Assembly: GCA_965263295.1 (NCBI GenBank)
Contig: OZ253665.1
Span: 352,001 to 416,000, forward strand
Origin: Spirochaetia bacterium
GTDB lineage: Bacteria > Spirochaetota > Spirochaetia > SP-2023
Length of the DNA stretch: 64,000 nucleotides
Reading direction: 5' to 3'
Below the pieces are notes generated by a model. It did no database searches, was not told the DNA's origin, and saw only the letters and a list, made by a program, of their open reading frames with translations. Positions 50,534-60,559 of this stretch are shown here, in pieces. Every line of letters begins with the position of its first letter. Positions within the stretch are counted from its first letter, which is position 1. Both the position numbers and the translations under genes were made by a program.

Positions 50534-50743
50534 CAACGCATTATTTTTTAGTCTTCAAGGTGAAATAAGGTGAAATTCTGAAAGCAAAAATTCTTGAGAC
50601 TGCTTTGTTAATGAACTGTGAAAAATATTAGGTCACAGATATTTTCTTAATATATACTGTGCAAAAATCCTTTGTCATTTTAAGCAAATTTTAGTAATTT
50701 AATCATAGATTAAATTACTAAAAACAGGAGGTACACCCCCAAA

Positions 50744-52294
50744 ATGAAACATCATAAGAGTTTGGCTTTATTCCTTATTGTATTTTTTAGTGTTCTCGGT
50801 GGTTATCTACTTAGCTATGCCAACTTCTCACAGAACTTACCCAATAATCTAACTGGTAAAAACGAGGTCTACGCGAAGGAAGCTAATAATGATCTGGCTC
50901 TTGATAACCCTAACTTTGCTCAATTACAGGCGGTATTTCGCGCCGTACCTTCTAAGATTTTGCCGAGTGTGGTACAGATTGATACCTCTTCGACGGAAGA
51001 GGTCGTAGGCAACCCGCAGAATTTATTCTTTCGTTTTTTCGGTCAGCCAGAGCAAGAAGACCCACCTAAGCGGGAATATCAGCGCGTTGGAATGGGATCG
51101 GGTTCAATTATTCAGCAGGAAGGTAATACATATTATGTTTTAACCAATAATCATGTCATTAATGATGCCGACGATATTGAAGTAACCACCTATGATGGAC
51201 ACAAGTTCCCTGCGGAAGTGGTCGGTCATGATGAGCGTGTCGATCTGGGGGTGATTAAATTTACGCCAAATCAACAATTGGATAGTTTGAAAGTAGCTGA
51301 ACTGGGAGATTCGTCTGCTTTGAAAATTGGCGATCTGGTGATGGCTGTGGGGAGCCCTGATTATTTACAGTCGACGGTCACTCAGGGTATTGTCAGCTAT
51401 ATTGGTCGCCACGGTGGTCCAGGGGGTAATATTAATGACTTTATTCAAACAGATGCCTCAATCAATCGTGGTAATTCCGGCGGGCCGCTGGTGGACATGA
51501 ATGGTCAAATTATCGGCATTAATACCTGGATCGCTTCCGAAAGTGGAGCAAGCGCCGGACTCGGTTTTGCCATTCCGATCAACAATGCCAAGTTTGCGAT
51601 TGACTCTTTTTTGCAGGAAGGGGAATTAAGCTATGGCTGGCTGGGAGTTACATTACCACCTTATCTGGAGATTGTAGAACGCTTGGGTAACAAAGTGACC
51701 AAAGAGGTTTTGTCTCCCATGGGAATATATGGCAAAAAGGGTTCACTTGTGGGTGGAGTCTTTTCCAACTCGCCGGCGGACAAGTCTGGCATTAAGCCGG
51801 GCGATTATTTGATAGAGATAAACGGCAAGCCGATTGAGTCGTCAGAGGAACTGACTCTTACTGTAGGAATGTTGCGGCCGGGTCAGAAGGCAAATTTCAG
51901 GTTGATCCGCGCTGGCCAAGAACGGGAAGTCAGTGTGACTTTGGATAAGCGACAATCGGCAGATGAGCTGGCGAAAAACAGCGATGACAGTTGGCCCGGA
52001 ATTATGGTTTTGCCGCTGAACAACGATATTAACCAGAGTCTGCGTAAAATGAGCAATGGACGCATGGATACCGAGGAAACTTCGGGTCTGCTTGTGCTCA
52101 ATGTGACGGAGGACTCTGCAGTTCAAGTGGTAGGTATCAAAGAGGGCGATGTGATCACTAAAATCAATGGCGCAAAGGTCAACGACCTGGCTGAATTCTA
52201 CCGCGAACTGAATGAAAACAGTCTGCAAAATACAGTTTTCACTTATAAACGTAAGGGGTATGAATTGGAGACTCCGAAGATCAAGTTAAAGTAA
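50744..52294 (+). CDS. htrA: HtrA/DegP (Do) serine endoprotease, copy 2
   Basis: TNNHVI, DLGVI, IQTDASINRGNSGGPL, two PDZ domains. RBS AGGAGG. Confidence 0.93.
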   Translation: MKHHKSLALFLIVFFSVLGGYLLSYANFSQNLPNNLTGKNEVYAKEANNDLALDNPNFAQLQAVFRAVPSKILPSVVQIDTSSTEEVVGNPQNLFFRFFGQPEQEDPPKREYQRVGMGSGSIIQQEGNTYYVLTNNHVINDADDIEVTTYDGHKFPAEVVGHDERVDLGVIKFTPNQQLDSLKVAELGDSSALKIGDLVMAVGSPDYLQSTVTQGIVSYIGRHGGPGGNINDFIQTDASINRGNSGGPLVDMNGQIIGINTWIASESGASAGLGFAIPINNAKFAIDSFLQEGELSYGWLGVTLPPYLEIVERLGNKVTKEVLSPMGIYGKKGSLVGGVFSNSPADKSGIKPGDYLIEINGKPIESSEELTLTVGMLRPGQKANFRLIRAGQEREVSVTLDKRQSADELAKNSDDSWPGIMVLPLNNDINQSLRKMSNGRMDTEETSGLLVLNVTEDSAVQVVGIKEGDVITKINGAKVNDLAEFYRELNENSLQNTVFTYKRKGYELETPKIKLK

Positions 52295-52325
52295 AAGCAT
52301 AAGTTGAAATATGCTTTAATAGAAT

Positions 52326-52348
52326 GGCGGGCCTTACGGCCCGCCTTT
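52326..52348. terminator. Hairpin between convergent htrA2 and fbaA
   Basis: ggcgggcc-ttac-ggcccgcc followed by ttt. Confidence 0.7.
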
Positions 52349-52380
52349 AAGATTTGTTGAATTGCAATTTAAAAATCAAA

Positions 52381-53451
52381 TTAAAAATCAAACTTTGCGT
52401 GAGAGTTTAGATCTTTAAATGCCTGTATCAGACGGGCGCTCATACCTTTGACGGCATCGGCCAGATAGGCACGTGGATCAATGTATTTTTTGTTGGGCTT
52501 GTCCGCTCCGTCGGGGTTACCGATCTGGCTCATTAGGTAGGCGTGATTCTTGTCCATGTACTGGCGTAGGGGCTCGGTAAAGGCCCACTGAGTATCTGTG
52601 TCAATATTAAACTTAACGACCCCATAAGATACAGCTTCGGCAATTTTGGCTGGTTCGGAGCCAGACCCACCATGGAATACAAGATCCAGAGGTTTTGCTG
52701 CCGTGCCGCGTTCTTTGGCGACTAGTTCTTGGCTTTCCTTCAGGATTTCCGGTTTCAGCACGACATTGCCGGGCGCGTATACGCCGTGTGTGTTGCCAAA
52801 AGAAGCGGCTAAAGTGAATTTGCCAATTCGGTCCAGTTTGTCGTAGGCGACCAGAACATCTTTGGCTTCTGTGTACAATGCCGAATGTTCGACGCCACTG
52901 TTGTCTACGCCGTCTTCTTCTCCGCCGGTTATTCCCAGTTCAATTTCAAGAGTCATATCCATTTTGCTCATGCGCTCAAGGTATTGGGCACAGGTGTTTA
53001 AATTCTCTTCCAGGCTATCTTCGGAGAGGTCAAGCATGTGACTGCTGAAAAGCGGCCTGCCGTGTTGTTTGTAAAAAGATTCGCTGTAGCTGATTAAACC
53101 GTCAATCCAGGGTAGAAGTTTGCGCGCTGCATGGTCGGTGTGCAAAACGACGGGGACTCCGTAGGCTTCGGCCAAATGGTGTACCGAGAGAGCCCCGGCA
53201 ATAGCTCCGTCGATGGCTGCTCGTTGCTTTTCATTGCTGAGGGCCTTGCCTGCGTAGAAGCTCGAACCGCCATTAGAAAACTGAATGATGATGGGCGCCT
53301 TGGCTTCGCGGGCGGCCGTCAAGGCCGCACTGATACCTTCAGAACTGATCACATTGACGGCAGGCAGGGCACAGTTGTGTTCTTTACAACTGGCAAACAA
53401 GTCTTGCAGGGCATTGCCGGTAATTACGCCAGGAGTTAATTTGATTGGCAT
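52381..53451 (-). CDS. fbaA: Class II fructose-bisphosphate aldolase
   Basis: ALPAVNV, IIQFSNGG, LHTDHA, SSHMLDLS, ELGITGGEEDG, FGNTHGVY, VFHGGSGS, NIDTDTQ. ATG 53451 follows AGGAGG. Confidence 0.96.
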   Translation of the reverse strand: MPIKLTPGVITGNALQDLFASCKEHNCALPAVNVISSEGISAALTAAREAKAPIIIQFSNGGSSFYAGKALSNEKQRAAIDGAIAGALSVHHLAEAYGVPVVLHTDHAARKLLPWIDGLISYSESFYKQHGRPLFSSHMLDLSEDSLEENLNTCAQYLERMSKMDMTLEIELGITGGEEDGVDNSGVEHSALYTEAKDVLVAYDKLDRIGKFTLAASFGNTHGVYAPGNVVLKPEILKESQELVAKERGTAAKPLDLVFHGGSGSEPAKIAEAVSYGVVKFNIDTDTQWAFTEPLRQYMDKNHAYLMSQIGNPDGADKPNKKYIDPRAYLADAVKGMSARLIQAFKDLNSHAKFDF

Positions 53452-53765
53452 AGGTATTCCTCCTATAAATGAATGTAGAATGATAATAGCGATATTGTGG
53501 CGAAAGTCCAGCATCGCCCAGGCTCATTCTACTTTCTGTGAGCTTGTAGATTTTTTTCTTGGAACTGTATATTTGAGAGCCGGGCTCCGAGTCAATGCCG
53601 GCCGCGCAGTAGTGTCACTTCAGGCATATTTCCTAATATCGCATCGTTTACAGAAATTTGTCATCAATATTTCATTGATTATCGCAAGATTGATAAATTG
53701 TCAGGGAAAATTGTCCTCTTATTGATCGGGTAGTGCACGGTGGGGCCGGAAGAGAGGGTGAGCGA

Positions 53766-55376
53766 ATGATTTATAGCTATGCGGCAGCAGGTTTTGGCGG
53801 CCAGATGATACATGTGGAGTGTTCCATCCGGCGCGGTATGCCTGGCACAGATATAGTCGGTTTACCTGATGGCGCCGTCAAGGAGGCGCGTGAAAGGGTG
53901 CGGGCCGTGCTGCATCACTGTGACTTTTTGTATCCGAGCGAGCGCATCTTGATCAATCTAGCCCCGGCGGGCCTCAAAAAAACCGGAGCGGGTTTTGATC
54001 TGCCTATTGCCCTGGCTATCTTGCTGCAGTCTGAGCAGTTACCCGCCAGCCTGGACGGCGCAGATGCTCTACCTTCTTTGCTGGTCTTGGGAGAGTTGGA
54101 ATTGTCGGGCCGGGTACGCAGTATTGATGGTGTGCTGGCGGCGGTGGCCAGCGCTTACGAAATGGGCATTGGGTATTTCCTTGTTCCGGCAGAAAATTTA
54201 CAGGAAGCGCAGTCTCTAGGACTCGGCCAAGTCTTTGCTTTGCAGCATATTGTTGACCTGGTGGAATTGGTTAAGAAGATTGGGCGCGCAAAGCCACAGG
54301 GGCATTGGCCTCTTGATGATTGCAGGGCCGTAGGGCCTGAAGCGGCCACATTTGTAGAAGATAACGTTGAAGAAGAAATTTCGGATATATTGGGCGATGA
54401 GTTTCTCGACTTTGCGGATATCAAGGGGCAACCTTTGCTTAAACGTGCGGTAGAGATCGCGGTAGCCGGGCGCCATAATATGTTGATTTTTGGTCCGCCG
54501 GGCTGTGGGAAAACTATGGTCGTGCGCAGCGTGCCTAGTTTGTTGCCGCCGCTTGGCGGCGGTGAAGCTGTGGAAACTACGCGCATATGGTCACAGGCGG
54601 GGCTTTTGGGCCCTCGGCAATGCCGCCTGAAATATCCTCCGCTGCGCATGCCGCACCACAGTGCCAGCTTGGAGGGCCTGGTCGGTGGCGGCCCTCAGCT
54701 CGGTCCGGGTGAGGTCTCGCTAGCCCACAATGGGGTTCTCTTCTTGGACGAGGCCCCAGAGTTCAAGGCCAGTCACTTGCAAGGTTTGCGCGAACCTTTG
54801 GAAAACCAGCGCATTGTGCTTGTCCGAGCGAGTAAGTCGTTCTGGTATCCCGCGGATTTTCAGCTCTTCATGGCCATCAATCCTTGTCCTTGTGGAAATT
54901 TGGGGCGTGAAGAGAGCATTTGTACCTGTAGCCATTCGTCCATTGCCAAATACTGGAAGCGAGTGGGCGGTGCCCTGCTGGATCGCATTGACATGCGCGT
55001 TCCGGTCCAGCCAACTTCGGCCACTACGTTGCTGGAAAGCAAAGAGGAATGCTCTTTGCTGGTGCGCAAGCGCATTCTGCGCGCACGTCAATGGCAGCGC
55101 GAGCGCTTCGCTGGAGCCCGGCACAAGCCGTACAATTCGCGTATTCCCGCAGGACAGGTCGCCGGTTTTTGTGCGATAGATGAAAGTTCGCGCCGGCTTT
55201 TTCAGGTCGCGGTTAAGAAACTCGGTCTGTCTTCGCGAGCCTGCCACTCGGTGTTGCGTATTGCCCGCAGTATTGCAGATATTGAAGAGAAGACAGAAAT
55301 CGATCAGGATAGTCTGTTGGAAGCGATTGAATACCGTCGCTACGGCGACCGTAATATCTTCTGGACTAGCTTTTAG
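53766..55376 (+). CDS. comM: YifB/ComM family Mg-chelatase-like AAA+ ATPase
   Basis: IVGLPDGAVKEARERVR, INLAPA, FDLPIA, GPPGCGKT, PHHSAS, PGEVSLAHNGVLFLDE, NPCPCG, LLDRID. Confidence 0.92.
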   Translation: MIYSYAAAGFGGQMIHVECSIRRGMPGTDIVGLPDGAVKEARERVRAVLHHCDFLYPSERILINLAPAGLKKTGAGFDLPIALAILLQSEQLPASLDGADALPSLLVLGELELSGRVRSIDGVLAAVASAYEMGIGYFLVPAENLQEAQSLGLGQVFALQHIVDLVELVKKIGRAKPQGHWPLDDCRAVGPEAATFVEDNVEEEISDILGDEFLDFADIKGQPLLKRAVEIAVAGRHNMLIFGPPGCGKTMVVRSVPSLLPPLGGGEAVETTRIWSQAGLLGPRQCRLKYPPLRMPHHSASLEGLVGGGPQLGPGEVSLAHNGVLFLDEAPEFKASHLQGLREPLENQRIVLVRASKSFWYPADFQLFMAINPCPCGNLGREESICTCSHSSIAKYWKRVGGALLDRIDMRVPVQPTSATTLLESKEECSLLVRKRILRARQWQRERFAGARHKPYNSRIPAGQVAGFCAIDESSRRLFQVAVKKLGLSSRACHSVLRIARSIADIEEKTEIDQDSLLEAIEYRRYGDRNIFWTSF

Positions 55377-55425
55377 CAATAAAATAATGGAGGCAGAAAA
55401 CTAATTGCGATTTGTGCATCAGATT

Positions 55426-56115
55426 CTACCAATCTCTAAGCAGATCCATTAGGCGTTGTTCGTTTTCTGGAGTCTGGGTCGATTTTTCCGGGCTCGTAAT
55501 AAGGGGCCTTATTAGACCTCTTATTAGACCTCTTTGGGCAAAGCGCAACAGGTGCTTGGCCAGGATGTCACATTCGACGTTAATGGCGTCGCCAGGCTTG
55601 CGCTGGCTAAACATGGTATGTTTCCAGGTGTGGGCTATCAAGTTTACTTCAATGCCGTCTTCATGCAGCCGGGCGATGGTCAGACTGACTCCATCGAGGC
55701 AAATGGAGCCGTGCAGTACACAGAGATTGAGTAAAGCTTGCGGCAAATTGACGCGTAGGTAGTGATTGTCTTGTTCTCGGCGTACCTCGTGCAAGTGCCC
55801 CAGGCCATCGATATGGCCTTGGACAATATGGCCGCCGAGCCGGGTACTGGGGGTTACGGCCCGCTCTAGGTGAATTGCGTCACCATGTTTTAGTTGGCCT
55901 ATACTGGTCTTGGCCAAAGTTTCGGCAAAGGCTGCTACGGTAAAGCTTTGATTGTCAAACTTTTCCACCGTCTGACAGACACCGTTGACGGCAATTGAGT
56001 CCCCTAACTGAATATCTTCAAGAACTTTATGAGCGCGAATCCGCAAGCGGATATGGTCGTTATAATTTTGTATACTTTGGATCTGACCCCGTTCTTCGAC
56101 GATTCCACTAAACAT
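55426..56115 (-). CDS. ribE: Riboflavin synthase (alpha chain)
   Basis: MFSGIVE, GDSIAVNGVCQT, LERA...RLGGHIVQGHID, GSICLDGVSLT, NVECDILAK. Confidence 0.95.
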   Translation of the reverse strand: MFSGIVEERGQIQSIQNYNDHIRLRIRAHKVLEDIQLGDSIAVNGVCQTVEKFDNQSFTVAAFAETLAKTSIGQLKHGDAIHLERAVTPSTRLGGHIVQGHIDGLGHLHEVRREQDNHYLRVNLPQALLNLCVLHGSICLDGVSLTIARLHEDGIEVNLIAHTWKHTMFSQRKPGDAINVECDILAKHLLRFAQRGLIRGLIRPLITSPEKSTQTPENEQRLMDLLRDW

Positions 56116-56139
56116 AAGAGTTCCTTGTGCGTTCTTTCC

Positions 56140-57567
56140 CTATGGTACCACAATGTCGTGAAGATAGCCATGACACAGGATTTCATCCGGTCCATTCCAG
56201 TTTTCCCGGCTGCCCTCGGCAATGGTCATGCTGCTGCTGTGGCGTAATTGTAAGCTTTGCTCCAAACTGATGTCCGGTTGCTGTGGCCACAGGTCTTGCA
56301 GGCTATTTAGCCCAGAACCCAATAAACGTTGGGAAACAAAGCAATAAATTTCATCGACCAGTCCGGCAGCTAAAAAGGAGCTAGCCAGTTGTGAGCCGCC
56401 TTCAAGCAACAGGTACTGGATTTTATAGGGGCCCCGGCTCAGGGCTGTGAGTCCCTCGCATAGACCTGTCGCACTGCGCAGAGAAGCAGAGAGGCCAATG
56501 CTGGCGATGCCGCTTGACTGTTGTGTTGCTTGTCGTTCTGCCTCGGTAGCACGATGATAAATAACGATACTGCGATTGCGATCGGAGCTGCGGTAGAATT
56601 GCAAGGGCAAGCGCGCTGTAGTCAATTGGCTGTCCCAAACAATACGCCAGGGTTGTTGTCCATTTAGCTGGTATCGGCTCTCCGTATTCAGGTATTCTCC
56701 TGAAGCCAAAAGTCTGAGGAATTGTGGCCGCAGCAGCAGGCTGGGATCATCCGCTTCTAAAGTGCGGCGTCCGACCATGACACCGCTGCGAGCTGCGCCG
56801 TGCCCGGCCCGCAAGGCTTGAACCATATCGCGAGCCCGTGGTCCACTGATCCACCGCGAATGCTTGCTCTTAGTTGCAATATAGCCGTCCAGCGATTGGG
56901 CCAGCTTTAAGGTTACCCAAGGCCTGGACGGGTTTTGCATACTGCGGAAAAATATCTGGTTGATTTGGGCGCTCGGCAGGGCGTAGTCATTGTTGCGCAC
57001 GCTAATGCCAACACGCCTTAGAGTCTCGGCGCCGTTGCCAGCGACCGCCGGGTTTGGGTCCGTATTGGCAAAGATCACGGTACCTACTTGTTGGCGAATG
57101 ATTTGTTCGCAGCAGGGAGGCTGTCTTTTTTGGGCAGCTCGAAAACAACAAGGCTCCAAGTTGCAATATAAAATAGCCTCGTGAAAGGCATCGCGACCGT
57201 AGCCGCGGCGTTGGGCATCGGCAAAAGCCGCAGCTTCGGCATGCAGTTGGCCCCATGCCGCATGGTAGCCTTGCCCTAGCAGCTCAAAATGCTGATGCCA
57301 GTCTCCGCCGTCCCAACAGGCATCCTGCTGTTTTAATAGTTCGGCTTGGGAAAACTTTCTTCCTGTCTTGTCATTATTCTTAGTGCGCACTAGAACGGCT
57401 CCGGTCAGGGGGTTTGGTGCGACACGTCCCAGACCGTTAAGTGCAAGTTCACAGCAATAACGCAGCCAGAACTCGTGCCAGTTGCGCGGTTTTCGTAGGC
57501 GCTGTCGATAGTGTTGGCGCATTAACTGTAGTCCATTTGCGCTTTTAATCAATTTTTCACTTTCCAT
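56140..57567 (-). CDS. ribD: Bifunctional pyrimidine deaminase/reductase RibD, with insertions
   Basis: PNPLTGAV, HAE, NLEPCC...PPC, KLAQSLDG, WISG, DDPSL, EGGSQL. Start uncertain (57567 or 57576). Confidence 0.88.
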   Translation of the reverse strand: MESEKLIKSANGLQLMRQHYRQRLRKPRNWHEFWLRYCCELALNGLGRVAPNPLTGAVLVRTKNNDKTGRKFSQAELLKQQDACWDGGDWHQHFELLGQGYHAAWGQLHAEAAAFADAQRRGYGRDAFHEAILYCNLEPCCFRAAQKRQPPCCEQIIRQQVGTVIFANTDPNPAVAGNGAETLRRVGISVRNNDYALPSAQINQIFFRSMQNPSRPWVTLKLAQSLDGYIATKSKHSRWISGPRARDMVQALRAGHGAARSGVMVGRRTLEADDPSLLLRPQFLRLLASGEYLNTESRYQLNGQQPWRIVWDSQLTTARLPLQFYRSSDRNRSIVIYHRATEAERQATQQSSGIASIGLSASLRSATGLCEGLTALSRGPYKIQYLLLEGGSQLASSFLAAGLVDEIYCFVSQRLLGSGLNSLQDLWPQQPDISLEQSLQLRHSSSMTIAEGSRENWNGPDEILCHGYLHDIVVP

Positions 57568-57897
57568 AGAAAACATAAGGGAAAACAATAAGGGGAAGCA
57601 AGTGTAACACAATACTATTTGCAGTTGAGGGTTTTGGCTAGATGGTTCTGCAAACAGTATCTGGCCGTGGTCATTTATGAACTTTACACGGCAGAAAACT
57701 TCTGTTATAGTGACAATATCCATCCTGTTATTGCAATAATGTTCTAAATAAGGAGTCAGAGCAATGATTTTACCATGATTTTTATCATGGAATCTGGTTG
57801 AATCGGGATCTAGTTTAATTTTTTACATTGACGGGTCTATTTTTTAGATTTTGAACAGAATATTGTAAAAAGCGACTCTGCTGTTTAAGCAGGCAAA

Positions 57898-59703
57898 ATG
57901 GAAGCAAGTTTTATGATTGAGATTGAAGGATTGCCGGCGGCTCCGGGCATAGGTATTGCCCAGCTTTTTTTTGCTCCCTATCAGAAACGCTCTATCCCCG
58001 AATATCGTATTAATAAAAATGATATAGCTTCAGAGCTTAGGCGTTTTCGCAAAGCTTTGGACCTCGTCGATGATGAACTGCGCTTGCTGCACGAAACCCT
58101 CGCCGATTCCAATGCGGAAAAAGTTGAGTTTATTATGGCCCACCGCATGATTTTGCAGGACCCGATCTTACATGATACGATTGAAAACTGGTTGTCTGAA
58201 AAACTTTATAACATTGAGTCGTTATTATTTCGCTTCGCTACTGGAGTTGAGCAGACTTTCCGGGCGATGGATAACCCGTTATTTGCCGAGCGCAGCAGTG
58301 ACATGCAGGACGTCACTCACCGGGTAATTGATGCCCTTTTGGGTCATAAGCGTGATGACTCGTTAAATCGACTCAAAGAAGATTGCATTGTCGTGGCCTA
58401 TGACCTTTACCCTTCAGATGCGGTATCCCTGAATCCACGTTATGTCAAAGGTATTGTTGCGGAAACAGGGGGTGTGACTTCACATATCGCTATTCTGGCG
58501 GGAGCTTTTGGGATACCGGCCGTACTGGGGGTCGAAGATTTATTGTTTAAGTTTCAGCAAGAAAGCTACTCTGCAGGTTGTCTGGCCATTGTCGATGGAG
58601 ATAGGGGGAAGGTGTTTTTTGACCCAGACGAAAGGAATTTGGCTGATTATCACCTACAGTTGGAACAGCGCAATGTTGAGCTGCAGCAGCATATGAGTTC
58701 GCTGCACCCCAAGGTTCGCAGCAAGGATGGCAAGGACGTTTACCTCTACGCGAATATGGGAGCTCTGGGCGAGTTGAATAACCCTTTTTTGTCCTCGTCT
58801 TCGGGCATCGGTTTATTTCGCAGCGAGTTTTTGTTTTTGGAAAGGATTCCCGGCGAAGAGGAGCAATATCAGGCCTATATTAAGATTATGGAGTCAGTAG
58901 ACGCCAGACAGGAAGTGACGATTCGCACTATAGACTTAGGCGGGGACAAAGTACCCGTTACTGGTCTGCTGGCGGAAAGTAACCCTTTATTGGGTTGTCG
59001 TGCCATTCGCTTGGCCATGGCTTATCCCGAAGAGCTTTTTCGACCGCAGATTCGGGCCATCTACCGTGTGGCTGCGTATGCTGCACAAAATGGATTAGCC
59101 AAGATCCGCGTTATGTTGCCAATGATTTCAAGTCACCTGCAACTGACTCGGGCTAAAGCTTTCATCTATGAGACCATGGAGTGTTTACGAAGAGAAGGGA
59201 TCAATGTCCCTCAAATACCAATCGGAGCGATGATAGAATTACCTTCGGCGGCCCTGTGTTCCGACATCCTTGCCAAGGATGTGGACTTTTTTTCAATTGG
59301 TACTAATGATCTGATACAGTACACTTTAGGTATCGACCGGGTCAATGAAAAGGTCGGCCACCTCTATGATCCATTACAGTTCGGCGTGTTAAAATTGATT
59401 CAGATGACGATTATTAACGCGAATCGAGAAGGGATTCCGGTTTCTATGTGTGGCGAAATGGCTAGTGACCCCTGTGCCACGGCCATACTTCTAGGGCTAA
59501 AACTGCGTCACTTCAGTATGAATACTTACAGTTTGCCACATGTTTCTCACGCTATTTGTAATTACGATGTCTCGGAATGTGAAGAGCTAGCTTCTCGATA
59601 TATCTCTATGCAAAATTATGAATTGGCATATAAATATCTGTTAGACTGGCACAAGGACAGAGGCATTGAAATCCCGATCAGTATGTGGGAGAAGTGGAAT
59701 TGA
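57898..59703 (+). CDS. ptsI: PTS enzyme I (PEP-protein phosphotransferase)
   Basis: Phospho-His motif GGVTSHIAI, GIGLFRSEF, IRTIDLGGDK, ESNPLLGCRAIR, FFSIGTNDLIQY, MCGEMA. Confidence 0.95.
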   Translation: MEASFMIEIEGLPAAPGIGIAQLFFAPYQKRSIPEYRINKNDIASELRRFRKALDLVDDELRLLHETLADSNAEKVEFIMAHRMILQDPILHDTIENWLSEKLYNIESLLFRFATGVEQTFRAMDNPLFAERSSDMQDVTHRVIDALLGHKRDDSLNRLKEDCIVVAYDLYPSDAVSLNPRYVKGIVAETGGVTSHIAILAGAFGIPAVLGVEDLLFKFQQESYSAGCLAIVDGDRGKVFFDPDERNLADYHLQLEQRNVELQQHMSSLHPKVRSKDGKDVYLYANMGALGELNNPFLSSSSGIGLFRSEFLFLERIPGEEEQYQAYIKIMESVDARQEVTIRTIDLGGDKVPVTGLLAESNPLLGCRAIRLAMAYPEELFRPQIRAIYRVAAYAAQNGLAKIRVMLPMISSHLQLTRAKAFIYETMECLRREGINVPQIPIGAMIELPSAALCSDILAKDVDFFSIGTNDLIQYTLGIDRVNEKVGHLYDPLQFGVLKLIQMTIINANREGIPVSMCGEMASDPCATAILLGLKLRHFSMNTYSLPHVSHAICNYDVSECEELASRYISMQNYELAYKYLLDWHKDRGIEIPISMWEKWN

Positions 59704-59835
59704 ATGATGAGGCGTCACTTGTTGTAAAAAATAAAATTTAAGGTTTTTATATTGTTTCGTATGTTTGCTCTCATATAATTTCGATCGCTTTATATTAAGG
59801 GGCCAATCCCGATGGAGGGGGAGCGGAGCTGTCAC

Positions 59836-60429
59836 GTGAGCGAATCTACCCCTCATTTTTTGCGTTGTTCCTGGTGTGCTAAGTACTTTGATGCGGCCCA
59901 GAATTGTGCTGCGCCAGGCTCAAGTAAGCCTTGTTGCCCGGCTTGTGCCCAGTTGTTACAGGATAACTATTCTATCTCTGGGTCTGCTTTTGCCGATGAT
60001 CAGGGGCGGCAAGTGGCTGATGACCTTGGCCGTTCTGATGAGCCCAGTCCTGTTGTGCGGCTGCGGCGTGATGCGGCGGATGGCCAAGGTGAGGCAGTGA
60101 AATGGCAACGCTGTCCGATTTGCCATCAGGTTATTCGATCTGAGTCCCTGCAAGTGGCTCCGGGAGCTAACATCAGTGCCATAGAGATTCATTTACGGCA
60201 CACGCGCGCAGAGCAAAAACAACATTTGCGCAATCGAGAGCAGAGCTTATCTTACGTGCTAAGTCTTCCTGAACGCGGTAGCGATGCAAATTCTGGGGAA
60301 CAGCATAGACAGGCTCAACAGAGAAAAAGGCAGACGAAGAATCTGGTAGAGCATTTTTCGCTGAAGTCGTGGTATCCGGACAGTATGGATTGCAGTGTCC
60401 TGTTTTGGTACAATTACGCCTTACGGTAA
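59836..60429 (+). CDS. Hypothetical Cys-rich protein (three CxxC pairs)
   Basis: CSWC, CPAC and CPIC motifs. GTG start after GGAG. Fills the gap between ptsI and tgt. Confidence 0.5.
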   Translation: MSESTPHFLRCSWCAKYFDAAQNCAAPGSSKPCCPACAQLLQDNYSISGSAFADDQGRQVADDLGRSDEPSPVVRLRRDAADGQGEAVKWQRCPICHQVIRSESLQVAPGANISAIEIHLRHTRAEQKQHLRNREQSLSYVLSLPERGSDANSGEQHRQAQQRKRQTKNLVEHFSLKSWYPDSMDCSVLFWYNYALR

Positions 60430-60559
60430 ATAAATGTATTCGTTTGGTAAGAGTTTTGGCGGCGTTTAGTCCTCTTGCTCCCAGAATTGAATCAAATACT
60501 TTCCAGGGAATCGGCCTGCCGCCGGCGGCAGGCACTTGCAGGTGTGCTTCGGACTTATT

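Noticed and set aside
54720..55379. Long antisense ORFs (219 aa opposite comM; similarly opposite argH and rpoC)
   Set aside because: Shadow frames of well-conserved genes with no motifs of their own.
57570..57897. FMN riboswitch upstream of ribD-ribE
   Set aside because: No RFN core motifs (AGGGCGGGG...GAAATTCCCGACCG) on the minus strand.
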